DNA from: the human T2T-CHM13v2.0 reference genome, Homo sapiens
NCBI RefSeq assembly: GCF_009914755.1
Contig: NC_060932.1
DNA length: 64,000 nt
Strand: one strand, 5' to 3'
The notes under the pieces are model-generated. The model was not told where the DNA came from. It worked only from the letters and a program-made list of their open reading frames with translations, and did not search any database. The position numbers were made by a program, and so were the translations under genes. Below, piece after piece: positions 51,417-64,000 of this stretch. Numbering within the stretch: the stretch's first letter is position 1; each line of letters opens with the position of its first letter.

Positions 51417-54001
51417 GGTAATTCCTGTGTGTTCCATGTAACAGACAGAGTAAGTATTTGCTTATAGTGTCTGTCTGTCTAACAAGCCAGCCATTTAATT
51501 TTCAATGAAATCAACAAAAAAGAAAAAGGTGCATGGATGTGTGATTTTGAGAAAAAAAAAAAGTCAGTCTTAAAATGTAAGTAAAATATGGAACATGACC
51601 TCAAAAAAACCAAAAAACAAAAAACACTGGAAAAAAAACCATGTTCCCAAAAGGGTACCTGGTCTTACTCTACACTGTGCTGCTGGCCATGCCCCTGTGC
51701 TTGAGGTGGCCCTTGGTGGCAGTTCAGAACCAGGGGACCTGTAGTCCCCTGTATGAGCCAACTCGTCCCCAGTCCCAGGATGTTCTTCCACATGGAAACC
51801 CTCTCTCCTCTCTTTCACCATACCACAAGAGCCCTCTCCTCCTCAGAACCCACCTCAGTTTTCATAGTCTCCACAAAAATATATCAATAAACAATCCTGG
51901 CTTGCAGAGATCTCCTTCTAGTTCTGTATAACCATAGCATTTATGCACTCAACAGGATAGAGCACTAAGTGAACACTGGATGACTGATACAAGTATTTTC
52001 TCTGGAATTGGATCAGGGATAATCTGGGATAAAAAAGAATATAAATATTATTCACCACATATTTTGGAAAAATCATAGTCAGCAATTCCATTATCCTAAA
52101 TACAAATATTTCTGCAGAAACAAAGCCTCACTACCAGGATTTAATCTTCATTCAAAACAAACCATTACCTGTGCTTAATGGACCGGAGCTGCTGAAACGT
52201 CACCAAGTAACCAGACCAGTCTGGACATTCGGTCCGGAAATGCTATCTCAGTACAGAGCAAAGAGCACAGCTCGCTAATTACGTTTCCTACAGCTTTTAA
52301 GTTCTGCATGTCACAAGCAAAGCCATGGAATTCTCATCCAGAAGTTCTCGCCTCCCCATTTACAGCTACCTTTCCCTAGAACTTTTGTTACTAGAGTCTG
52401 TCTTTGGGGGCTGAGATGAAATGATGAAATGGCCTTTCAAACCCAAAGAGGGAGGCAGGGCAAAGGCGTTGACAGTCCAGGGTGGTCCTGCCCCTCACTC
52501 TGTGACCCGCGACCCAGTGGGGTTAACTGTCTTGGATTGTTTTGTGTCTTCTTTCCTTTTTGATGCATTCTGGTATGAATTTTTCCTTGTCAGGTTGGCT
52601 GAGGATGGGACAGGAGAGAGAGGTGACACAGAAGTGTCACAGGCAGTAGAAAGGAGAGGATGTCTATAGGCACTGAGCAAACAGCTCCTAGACAGGTAAG
52701 CTCTGGGGGCCTTCCCCATCAAGGCCTTTGAGAAAGTGCTTCTCCTTACTGTCCACACCACTGCACACCTCCTCCACTCTTCAACATGCTGGTTTGGTTT
52801 TCTTCTCTCCAGCCTTAAAACATGAACATTTCACTTCTAAGGTTCACGTCTTTTATTTTTAATGAAAGAGATATCCTGAGCTTCCAGAGATTTTTTTATT
52901 ATAATTACAGTAATGCTGTCAAACACTTCAACAGAATACTCTAAAATACATGTATCACTGACATAGAATTATACAGCCATGATTTCCAGCCACTGAAGTG
53001 GTACTGGATATTGCATCTGGTCATGAGCAATTTTATATTTAATATTAAGCACATGCACAGTTGTGAATGTCAAAAAAAAAGACTGGAAGACCAGCAGCCC
53101 CCAGAACATACTCTTACATGACACCAAAGGGCTATTTTCTGGGGTAAACTGAGGTTCCTTCTAGAAATAACATCAAGACCTGGACTGAATCCAACATCCC
53201 CTCACTTTCACCAGTGTGAACTGTCTATCTCCACTGTGCCTGGCAGTGGGCAAATGATGGGAGTAAAAAGGGGGTGAGAGGGAGCTTCGGTCCTCAGGAG
53301 CTCACAGGCAGCAAGAAAGACGCTGTGGAGACTAAATGGTACAACCCATGGGGCCAGCGCCATGGCAGTGCCCTATCAAGCATACAGGGAGCAGAGAGAG
53401 AGAGATGAATTCTGCCTAGGGAAAAAACTAGAGAAAAGTCCCACAGAAGACATAAGATTTCAACTGCGTATCAAAGAAACAGCAGAAGTTAACTAAGAAC
53501 GTAAGTCGGGGAGGGAATTCTTTGGACAAAAGAATCACTCTCAAAAAATCTCTCTTTCTCCCTCCCTCCCCAAGTGGCTTGGGGTGAATAAAACCAACCC
53601 ACCAATTTTAAACTAGCAAACCTACACTTTTCATTACTGTTGAGGTTTCTCCAACGGTTGCTTGTCTTCAGCTCGTCACCTATCCAAAGCATCCACAAAA
53701 ATGACCTACTGAATTTGCAGAGGCAGAATTTTTACAAGAATAGTAACACTAGGGTGAAATTTAATACTGTAGATTGCCTTTCTGGCCATGTGCTCATGCG
53801 CACACGCCAAGCCACGAGAGTAGACAGGAGGTTTCATGTGCTGCCCTAGGCTTCCATTGCATTAAGCATTTTTTAAATTTTAGTATAAACTGATAAAATT
53901 CAAGAGCTATGCATCTACTTTTAAACTAAATCATTTTCAGTAAATCGCTGAATACTTTATTCAGAAAACAAGATTTTTACAAGATGATTTGTTATTCTTA
54001 C

Positions 54002-54126
54002 CTCCATGGGAAAAGCTTTGAAATTAACCGTGTGCTCAGAACCACGCTGGTTTTCTCTTCCCCAGTGAAATCTCACTTCGTACAGTTCAAACTCATGCCC
54101 TTGAGGCAATGGTCCTCCCGAAAGAA
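54002..54126 (-). CDS. CA8: CA8 coding exon (likely exon 3, 125 bp): (V)[41 protein letters not shown]
   Basis: Acceptor TTTTCTTTTTCAG, donor GAG|GTAAG. Contains the alpha-CA motifs xFHWG and GSEH. Confidence 0.97.
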
Positions 54127-55599
54127 CTGAAAAAGAAAATATATGTTACCGAATTACAGCACACATTTACCTCAGCATTATAAACATTAGAGACTTTTTT
54201 TTTTCCACCAAAATGCTCTCATGGGCTCTACAGATTAAATTCACAAAGCCAAAATGAGAAATTTATCACAACTGTGAGGTGAATTTAAACTATCTAGGCT
54301 TGGCTGAAATTCTTGTATTGGCCATTCAGACACGGAAGTTCAAAACCTCTGAAAAACTCATAATGATATGCATATTTTAATTTCCTGTGTGTTTTCAGTC
54401 TAGAAGTAGACAAGAAAAACAAATTCCTCCCTTAGAGATTTAAGCTTAGCACTGATCAGGAGACAAAAATATGGTTTGACTCTCTGACTGACCAATAATA
54501 TTCTGTAGACATCTAAATAAATTAAACCACGTTTGCAGATCATCCACTTGTACTAGAAGGCTTCCAATTTAGCGAACGGGTGTGTGGACTAACAAAATTA
54601 TCCATGAAGAGGATTGATTAGCATTAAGTCAATCAATAATGAAATCACACTTTAATAGCTGATGGACATTCATTACCACAAACGACACAAAATAAAACTG
54701 CAATAAAATATTAACAATCCTCAAAATATTAACATCAGTCCCACAGGACCATGTCTCTATTTCTCATTGCTGGATATGATCAAGACCTTTATCCCCAACA
54801 AGAGCACACTAAAGGATAATGAAAAATACATTTGCATGAGAACCTGTCTTAAAACAATAAAATTATTTAGTTAAAAACTCCCTGACAGCATATGTACAAA
54901 CTTGAAATAAAGTTTCCTACAAATAAATGGTCAATTTCAATACAAATAAAAGTTGTTTAACTCAGGGCATTTTTCCTCTAGCAACTCCCAATTCTGAACA
55001 GTATCAGCTAAGCATTTTAGGTTATTTAGCTAACAAAATTCAACACCTTCATCTTTCCTAGAAGCAGACTTTTTGAAACAGATTGTCCTTTTGGGTTGCC
55101 TTTGAGGAGGACATAACAGATTCCACACCTCTCTCGAGGAAGAGTTCTTTCATCCTTACCCAAAAACTCAAAGGAGAAGAAAGCAAATTGGTGCAACAAT
55201 ATTTACTTGTTTGGTTGGTTCTTCATCTAATGACTTGTTTCAAAAAGGATTTAAGGCTGCTTATGTCAAGGTACATATAATACAGTCAGACAGCATAAAT
55301 TAGGAAGAAGAACAAGGGGAAGCCAAGAAAGAGGCAGAAAATAGATGGAGAAATGAGGCTATTAGACACAATGGAGGTCATGGAGTCCTTGATAAAGGTG
55401 CCCTACAAATCTACTCCCAAGCTTTCTACCAGCTCAAACAACGAAGACAAGGAACATCCAGAGCAAGAAGTAACTTTAATTTTTTGAGTGGATACACTTC
55501 ACATCAACAGGAAAGGGAAGTGAGATTCATGGCCCTTAGGATCACACTGTCATGTATGATTTTAGATTTTAGTGTTTGTCCTCATGCTTGGTCTGATTT

Positions 55600-55750
55600 A
55601 GGTCACACAACAAATCCAAGGGGATAGTCTCATCATCAACTCCACAGACAGGGCAGAAAAGCGGGATGAAGAGGGGCTGAATGTGACCTGCCACAGTCAG
55701 CCTCCTAGCAGGCTCCAGGACAGGATCTGGAACTCAAATCTTCTGACCCA
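55600..55750. mobile_element. MIR
   Basis: Degenerate: GTGACCTGCC..AGTCA...GGATCTGGAACTCAAATCTTCTGAC. Confidence 0.6.
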
Positions 55751-58372
55751 CATCCCAGGGTTGAGGCAGGGATAGGGAAACCCAAATTTCAGTATCTGTG
55801 AGCATGAACTAAAAAACAATGAATTATCTAAGCCTAGATTTATAAAGTGAAGTTGCTCCTTGGAGAACTGCACTTCATCCTATTTCCCAGAACAATCTAA
55901 AAAACTTTTAATATATGGATCAGAAAGGTTTGTAGATATTCAGAACCACAGTGCAAGCTCACTTCACCTTCCTCTTCAATAAACATCCATTCTGTGGATT
56001 TAAGAATGTATGAAACGTTTCTAAACAACCTCACAACTCATTCCTTTCTCTTGGCTGTCCAAATTTGGTCTTAAGAAAAACCAGGAAGGAGACCAGGAGT
56101 CTACCCACTGTGTACCCCACCTCCCAAACCAAAATGAAAAAAGAGAAAGAGAAAATACACCCCTTGCCACCCCCAGCAACAGTGGGACCCAAGGCCTCAA
56201 CAGGTGAGCTCTATAACTCCACTTCTAAAACAAAGTGATAAAACTGTCCTAGAAAAGGCTCAGCTCCACGTGGCTAAGGAAAAAGAAAGAGGAGTGTCAT
56301 GAAATGAAGCACATGTGAAATGGGAAAGAGGATTCTTAAAACTCCTTCCCCAAAACCCCTTTATCACATACACTCAGAACACACACACACAAAGGCACAC
56401 AGTATTTCTAAAACTGCTCTGTTACAAAGCAGCTTACTAGTTCTACTAGTAAACAGCAGTCTACTAAGTACTGTCATATGGAAATGAATGATACAGCTTG
56501 TAGCTGGTCTTGACAGTGATTTCAGGGAACCATAAAGAGATCCATGCTTCAAAAATATACTCCCCGCATGACCAATGCTCAAAACTTCCTTAACAGCAAT
56601 GAACCCTTTCACTTAAACTTGGAGACGGTTTAAGTGAAACACTGTGGAAATTCAAACTGCACAGACCCATGTTTTGATAGGGAGAACTTCAAAATCCAGG
56701 GAAGTTTACTAATCCTTCCAACAGATATTGTTTTGATCATCTACTACCTTGTACCAGGTACTGTATTAAGTATTTAGAATACATTGATTTTGACAAAACA
56801 GACAAAATTCCCTGGCCTTGTAGATCTTACATTCTATTATCCTGAAGTGTAAATTCATATATTTATCAAGATCATATTTTTTCTGAGTCCTATCTGGTTA
56901 CTACACAGGTTTATTAACTGTCATGTCATGACAGTCAATACAATTACAATAAAGTAATTATATTCTATGGTATGAAAGGAACACTGAGAAGGGAAGTGTT
57001 TTGCCCCAGCCTGGTTCTCCAGGGAGAGGTGACAAAGAGGTGGCTGTCAGCCAGGAACCAGGCTCTGGGTACCTTTCACTGTTGCTGCAGATGAATAATC
57101 CAAAATAAACCACACTAAAGTCATATAGCCATACAATGCCATAAAAAATGACAAAATTCTCAATTCAGAGTTTTACGAGGTGCCAGGTAAGAGCATTACC
57201 TGTTCATCCCCCAAGAATGATTGTGTTTATGGACTAAAAATAAATAGCAGCTTCTATTTTATCCATCTGGTAACCCTCTTCCAGCATTATTCTCCCTTTT
57301 TACTGCTTACATTTTTTTAAATAAAAAAACAAATCATCTCAGAAGGGGTAGCCTTTTCCTACATTTATGAAAATCAAATTTTGCTGAGTGATATTGGGTC
57401 ACTACATGGCAGGTTTATTAGTTATGATGTCATCTGGTTCAATAAAGTTACAATGAAAGAACATGAAACTCCTACTGATGACAGGCTGAATTTTTTTAGA
57501 AAAGGAACTTGTGAAAAGAATATAAAATAAACTGATGCCATTGCCACAGCCTCCATTTTCTTTAATGCTCTTTAATACGCTTGGCAATTGCATTTATAAG
57601 ACATAAACAAGAGCTCCCTGAGGAAGCTTTTGTAAGATCTGAAAACCCTATAAAGACATGATGTATATACATTTATCTAAATCTATCTAAGCTTCTACAA
57701 TCCTTTGCTGAAAACAAATTTACCAGATAATTCAAAGGCTAGTGCTCAAGCCTTATTCCTTTTCATTTGACTTCAAAGCTAAGTTTTGAGATCAACTCGA
57801 CACCTGGCCCTGTGCTGGCCACTGAGTGTATAAAGCGAGGAAGATCCAGCCTTGGTGTTGACTGGGCAGTCTCAGTGGTTAAAAAAGTAAACTGAATAGT
57901 CTAAATAGAACACATCAAGAGCAGGAAAGGGTAGCAGGAGGGCATCCAGCAACGGACAAGCCAATAACAAGCATGAATCATAAAGTCAGGTAAGATGTTC
58001 CCCAGAAGATACCAACTCAGCTGAGTCTTGAATAAGCTGAGAGGTGAAAAGTGCATGGAGAGTAGAGCGAAGAGCCTGAGAAATATTCTGAGACATGAAG
58101 CAGCTTAAGAGTGTTCTAGGAGAATAAAATCAAAAGTTAGCTACAGTCAAGGTGGGCATGAGGAGGAGACATGCAGCCTATGCTTACGAGCTGGGATTTC
58201 TCCTGTCCAGAACCATTGAGGGCTTTTAATCAGGGGACTAACATGATCATATCTGCAATTTAAAGTATTATTCGTGCAGTATCTGCACAGATGACAGAAT
58301 AACAAAGGGTAAGCCTAACCAGTAAGAAAGCTGCTATCATGCCCAGTTACAGATGGTGAGGCCAGGAGATGA

Positions 58373-58807
<435 letters not shown>

Positions 58808-59136
58808 TAATGGATTTAAAGACTTTATAACCTCAAAGTAACTTTTAAGAAATTCCAATGTTATCTCTAAAACTTCCCCAAAATAGTATCATTTAGTTCT
58901 TTTTTTAACATTTGAGGCCTTAAAAGCAAAAATTTTTCAATATTTTTAAACTGTCTTTGGCTTTTAACCTATGGCTTTATTAAATATCTTCAGCTCTTAA
59001 GGGTAGAGATCATAACAATAGCACAGAGAGCAGGCCGGGCAAAGTGAAGCACATGCAAAATGATGCAGATGACAGGAACTAACCAGGTAATTCAAATGCA
59101 CCAAAATTAGCCAATAATAAATACAGTCATTAATCC

Positions 59137-59460
59137 AGCCAGGTACAGTGGCTCACACCTGTAATCCCGGTTCTAAGGGAAGCCAAGGCGGGAGGATCAT
59201 TTGAGCCCAGGATTTCATGACCAGCCTGGGTAACATAGCAAGACCCCTGTCTCTACCAAAAATTTAAAAATTAGCTGGGCATGGTGGCAGGCCTGTAGTC
59301 CCAGCTACCAGACAGGCTGAGGTGGGCAGATTGCTTGAGCCCAGGACTTGGAGGCTGCAGTGAGCTATGACTGTACTCCAGCGTGGCCAACAGAATGAGA
59401 GCCTGAAAATAAAAAGAAAGAAGAGAGACAGAGAGAGAGAAAAGAAAGAAGGAAAAAGAA
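59137..59460 (+). mobile_element. AluJ with GA-rich tail
   Basis: Diverged dimer. Confidence 0.9.
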
Positions 59461-62400
59461 GTTCAGCCCTGACATTTCATATAAATAAAAAAGATAGAGC
59501 CTCTTCTTCAGTGAAAATAATTTTTAAGATATTTTTGACAATTTCATCTTTAAATCAGCAAGGTTGCCAAGAAACACTGTTAAAAAGTTGCCATGTTTGG
59601 GGGGGAAAAGTAGGATTAATAATCATCATCATCTATCCTAAAATTAGTATTGAGAATTATAAGAGACCCAGAAATAAAATATCCTAATTAAAGTTTCTAA
59701 AATAAGAAACAGTGAAGGGCACAAATGACCTATCTTGATTGGCAATTTCTCCCATAATGATGGTTCATTAAAAATGTCATTACCCTTAAGACATTGCTTG
59801 TAGTCAGCTGGAGTGACACTACTGCACAAGTGTGGGCAGTCTCACACATTTTCTCACTACTTAAGTATCAAGCCACTCAGGCTAGAAATCTGTAATTATT
59901 TTTTATGCTTACAATCCTCTTTATACCACTGCAAAGATGTTTAATTTTAATTTGCCTGTGTACCTTAAATGTCAAGATTCCTGAGACAGTGACCCACTTG
60001 TCCTGCTGAGAAGCTAAATGATACATGTGGCAGCCTTAATAAAATTCTCCATGCTCTAGGAGATAATAGGACCAATAGTCTGGTCAGATCACCCTGGAAT
60101 GTGATGCTTGCTTCAACTCCATGTTAGGAGGGAGGGACTCTGCTACCTTGAAATTTGCCCAGAGCAGAGGTAGAATAGTGACAGGATCTGAAACCGGGGG
60201 CTCCATCCAAGCCATCTCTCTCCACTGATCTCCTCCACATCCCTGCTCCACATAACTGACCCATGACATTCTGTAGATTGCATCGCAGAGATCACTCCTG
60301 TGTCTTCCCCTCCTTTTCCACTGACACTGCAATGCCTGTGGTTTTGGTTGAGTCTTTTGTACTAACCTTCAAACTGGCTCACACTCTCTCCCAGATCCCA
60401 TCTCATTCAGTGCTGCCAGCTTGATTTTCTTAAAGCAATGTTCTAATTATGACTTTATCCTACAAAAAAAAAAAAGAAAGGTTCTACTCTTTAGCCTCTG
60501 TGCAGAGTCCCTCATGAATTTGCTCCAAAATACCCTCTCTATTCTATTTCCTGTTAACCCCCTTTATCATGAACAAATCTCTTCCAGACATACTGAAGGA
60601 TTGGCCTTTCCTCATACAACCTCTAGAACTTTCCATATCTTATCCTTTGTGCAAGCTGTCCCTTCTTCCCACACACCTCAGGCTCCCCATATCCAAATGC
60701 TATTCATCCATCAAGGATTATTTCAAATGCTCTTTCCTCCACAAATCCTTCCCTAAGAATTTCCACCAAAAATAATCTCTCCCTGTATAGCTATAATATA
60801 TTCCATGACCTACCATTGTATCCTCCTTGAGGGCAGGCTTTGGATCTGATTTATACTTACCTTATCCAAAGCATGTAACTGTTTGCAAAAGATGAAACAA
60901 AGATTGCCAACCTCACCCTGCAGGCCAGAGGAAACCAATGAACACGTATGTTTAGTTCACAGGTGCACATCTCCAGTTTCTCCTGACACATTAAACATCT
61001 GGCAAAGTAGGCCTGCTCTCTGCAGCTTGCCAGTTCCTGCAGTCCCCACCAGCCCCTACTGTCTTGTCTATTGACACTGCAGATGAAGCAGAGGATCAGT
61101 AGCTATTTACAATCTCTTGCTCTCCTGGTTGCTCTCATGTATAGTATTATATCTGCCTGGGTCTAAAAGACAAGTGAGTCTATAATTCCCATAGTAAATT
61201 ATCAATAAGTAAGTATTGAAGGATGAAAGGCTGTCACGTGAGCAACAGCTGAAAGAACTAAGAATGTCTGAAAAGAAAAATGGCAACTGCATGTTATGAC
61301 TGCAGTATTTGAAAGTGGAAGTATAATTATATTTGTTCTAAATATGTCCAGAGACTTAAAGAGAGACAATGGCGGAGATCATAGAACTTTTTGACTTTTG
61401 GAATTGCTCAAAAGCAAAATGGGTTTTCTTGTGAGAAATGGATTTCCTTCCCTGAGCTATTCAAGCTGCCCACCCACCTGCCAGGGGTCTGAGATGGGAG
61501 GCTACACTGGCCCATGCCACTCAGAGAGCCTATCACTGTGGCTCCTTTTCTAAGCTCCTTTGCTCTCTTATGGGGAAAAAGAAGACGAACAAAGTAGCAC
61601 ACAGTCTATGCAGATGCACTGCTCATGGGGTACATGCAGGAGAAGAGGGTTCAGAAGGAAACCTTAAGAAACCCTGTTATTTAAGCACAGTGGAAGATGA
61701 AGCACCAGCAGAGAAAAGGCAGTCAAAATTAGGAAGAAGTGTCAGGGAACTGTGTGGCCCAGAGACTAACAGGAGAGAAAACTTCCAAAAATTCCATTTC
61801 CAGTGCAGCAGAGTTAAAGTCCTGTAAGAATATAAAAATGCCCATTGGATTTAGGGGATGATGAGTTCATCAGTGACCTTGGCTTGAGAAGTTCCAGCAG
61901 AGAGGGATGGGGGCAGGGGCTCATGCCCCTGAAAACCCTCAAATTTATATTAAGGCAGTAACTCCAGATGGGATTATATATACAGGAACAATATCATTAC
62001 AATTATGTTAGAAGTTTTAGTTTGATAAGTTTAAGCATTTAAATTATACTACAACTGTTCTAAACCTTTTTGGCAATTATTTATGATTTGTTAATATAAA
62101 CTAAGCAAAAATAAAGAATAAAACAAAATAACTGAGGCCAAAGACAGCCTCAGGGAGGGCTGAGGTTTTAGCACAGTGGTGGTGTGAAGTCAGCTTTAAT
62201 TTCTAAAAAGAACTGTGCTTCTTGTGTGGATTTTTTTTTTTTAATTTAAGAAGACAGCCCACTGTATTTGCAGGGGGTACCTCCAGTTAGACAAGGAAGA
62301 TTGTACTCAAAACATTTATCTGCCCTCCCTCCTCAATTCTCACTAAATGAAGAGGGCACAACTTGCCAGAGCAACATGAACAAGACTGGAGAACAACAGC

Positions 62401-62557
62401 AAAAGAGAAATGCCCAAAATAATGGGCGGCGGTAGGGGGGTGGTGCTGGAAAGCAGACAAAGGTAGTGAGTGATTCAGCAAAAAGAGAAAGCTAAAAGCT
62501 AAGTAACTACAGGAAGAAGGCCACAAGAGGCAGGCAATTCCTACCGCAGAACCCAGA

Positions 62558-62923
62558 TGCTATGGTTTGAATGCCTGCATCCCCCTCCAAAATCCATGTT
62601 GAAACTGAATCCCCAATGCAACAGTATAAGATGTCCAGGAGGTGATCAGGTAAATCGGATGAGGGCTCTGCTCTAAGAATGGGATGAGGCTCTTATAAAA
62701 GGGCTCCAGGGAGCCTGTTTGACCCTTCTGCCTCATACCATGTGAGGACGTAGCACCGAAGCACCATGTACAGAGCAGAGGAAGAGCCCTCACCAGACAC
62801 CAAATCTGTCAGCAGCTTGATATTGGACTTCCGAGTCTCCAGAACTAGGACAAATAAATTTCTATTATTTATAAATTACCTACTCCACAGTATTTTATTA
62901 TAGTAGCCAAACAGACTAAGACA
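62558..62923 (+). mobile_element. MLT1A/MST-like solo LTR
   Basis: TGCTATGGTTTGAATG...GACTAAGACA. Near-TSD CCAGA/CGAGA. Confidence 0.87.
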
Positions 62924-63299
62924 CGAGAAAAGACTCAGGAGGTGGAAGCATTAGAGATACTTCTGAATGTGGCAGTGCAAAGTAGGAAACTGAAAACAGA
63001 AAAACAGATTTAAAGTTTTTAAAAGGAGCAGTTAAACCTCATCATGCATGGTCAGGCATGATGATGAGATCCCTGGCAGAAGATGAAGGAAATGTGGACT
63101 TGCTAAATGGTAATAGTCTCCTGTCTGTGCCAACAACCAGAAAGCTGGTGGCCAACTTGAGCCATCCCCAACCCCAAAACAAAAACACAAACAGGAAACA
63201 AGCATATTCCAGATAAACCAATATAAGCAACAAAGACTCCTCCAACAACATGGCCAGGTCCTTTCTTGATCATGGTACTGTGAAGCCCAACAGCCCTCA

Positions 63300-64000
63300 A
63301 TCCCTGCCCAGGTGCACAGAGCTTCTGATCTGCTTCCTAGACTCATTCTTAAATAGGAACGAAGAGCCAAAGATCACTGGACTTTTGAGGAGAACCTCCG
63401 AAATAAAAGAGGGATGCCAATATAAATAGAAAAAGAAACCCAGAGTAAACAGAGACAGGTAGGGATAGAAAAGAAGCAATATAGAAAAGAATGAAGAAAG
63501 ATCATACATTCATGAAATAAATACTGGATGTTGTATTTTTTTTTAAAAAAAAGGTTTTTAATTGCAGCGTAAGTTCAATGTTTTAGAAATTAAAAACAAG
63601 AAAGCAGAAAGTAAGAGTTCAATCAAAAGACTAAACGATTAAAAATTGAGGAAATCTACTAGAAAGTAGAAGAGAAAGGGAAGAAGAAAGTGGGAGTTAC
63701 CAAAAGAGGAGGAAAAAATAAAAATACAAAATTTATCAATGAAATAATATAAGAAATATAAGAAAATTGCTGGTAAATAAAAGACACAATTATCTTGACT
63801 GGAAAAACCTACCAAGTGCCCAGCATATAGTGCAGAAACAATCCCACCAAGGCATATGGTTGTAACATTTCAAAACAACAGTAGTAAAGAAAACACTGTA
63901 AAAGGTTCCAGAAAGGAAAAAAGAGAAGAGACACATAGAGGGGGTTGAGAAGCAGAACGGCGCTAGATCTTTCAACTGCAACGCTGGAAGCTTCAAGCAA
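63300..64000 (+). mobile_element. Old L1M/HAL1 ORF1 remnant
   Basis: A-rich coiled-coil-like stretch. CCAAGGCATATGGTTGTAACATTTCAA and TCAACTGCAACGCTGGAAGCT resemble ORF1p PRHI.VKF and FS.ATLEAR. Confidence 0.65.

Overview
Primate genomic DNA, almost certainly human (Alu-rich, and the exons translate to the human CA8 protein as I recall it). The whole window lies inside CA8 (carbonic anhydrase-related protein VIII), transcribed on the minus strand. Five GT-AG coding exons are recoverable and join in one open frame: 54126-54002, 20456-20361, 15011-14949, 12661-12613 and 10837-10725 (likely exons 3-7). The start, the stop and the remaining exons fall outside the window. The rest is intron filled with Alu, L1, L2, MIR, MaLR/ERVL LTRs and hAT/Tigger DNA transposons. 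Almost all ORFs in the supplied track are spurious. I see no convincing novel biological system. The most notable items are a tailless 5S rRNA retrocopy with a target-site duplication (TSD), two tail-less Alus, inverted Alus flanking in-frame exon blocks (circRNA candidates), candidate CTCF and RORE sites, and several micro-mutational scars. Repeat subfamily names were assigned by eye, and repeat boundaries without TSD support are approximate.
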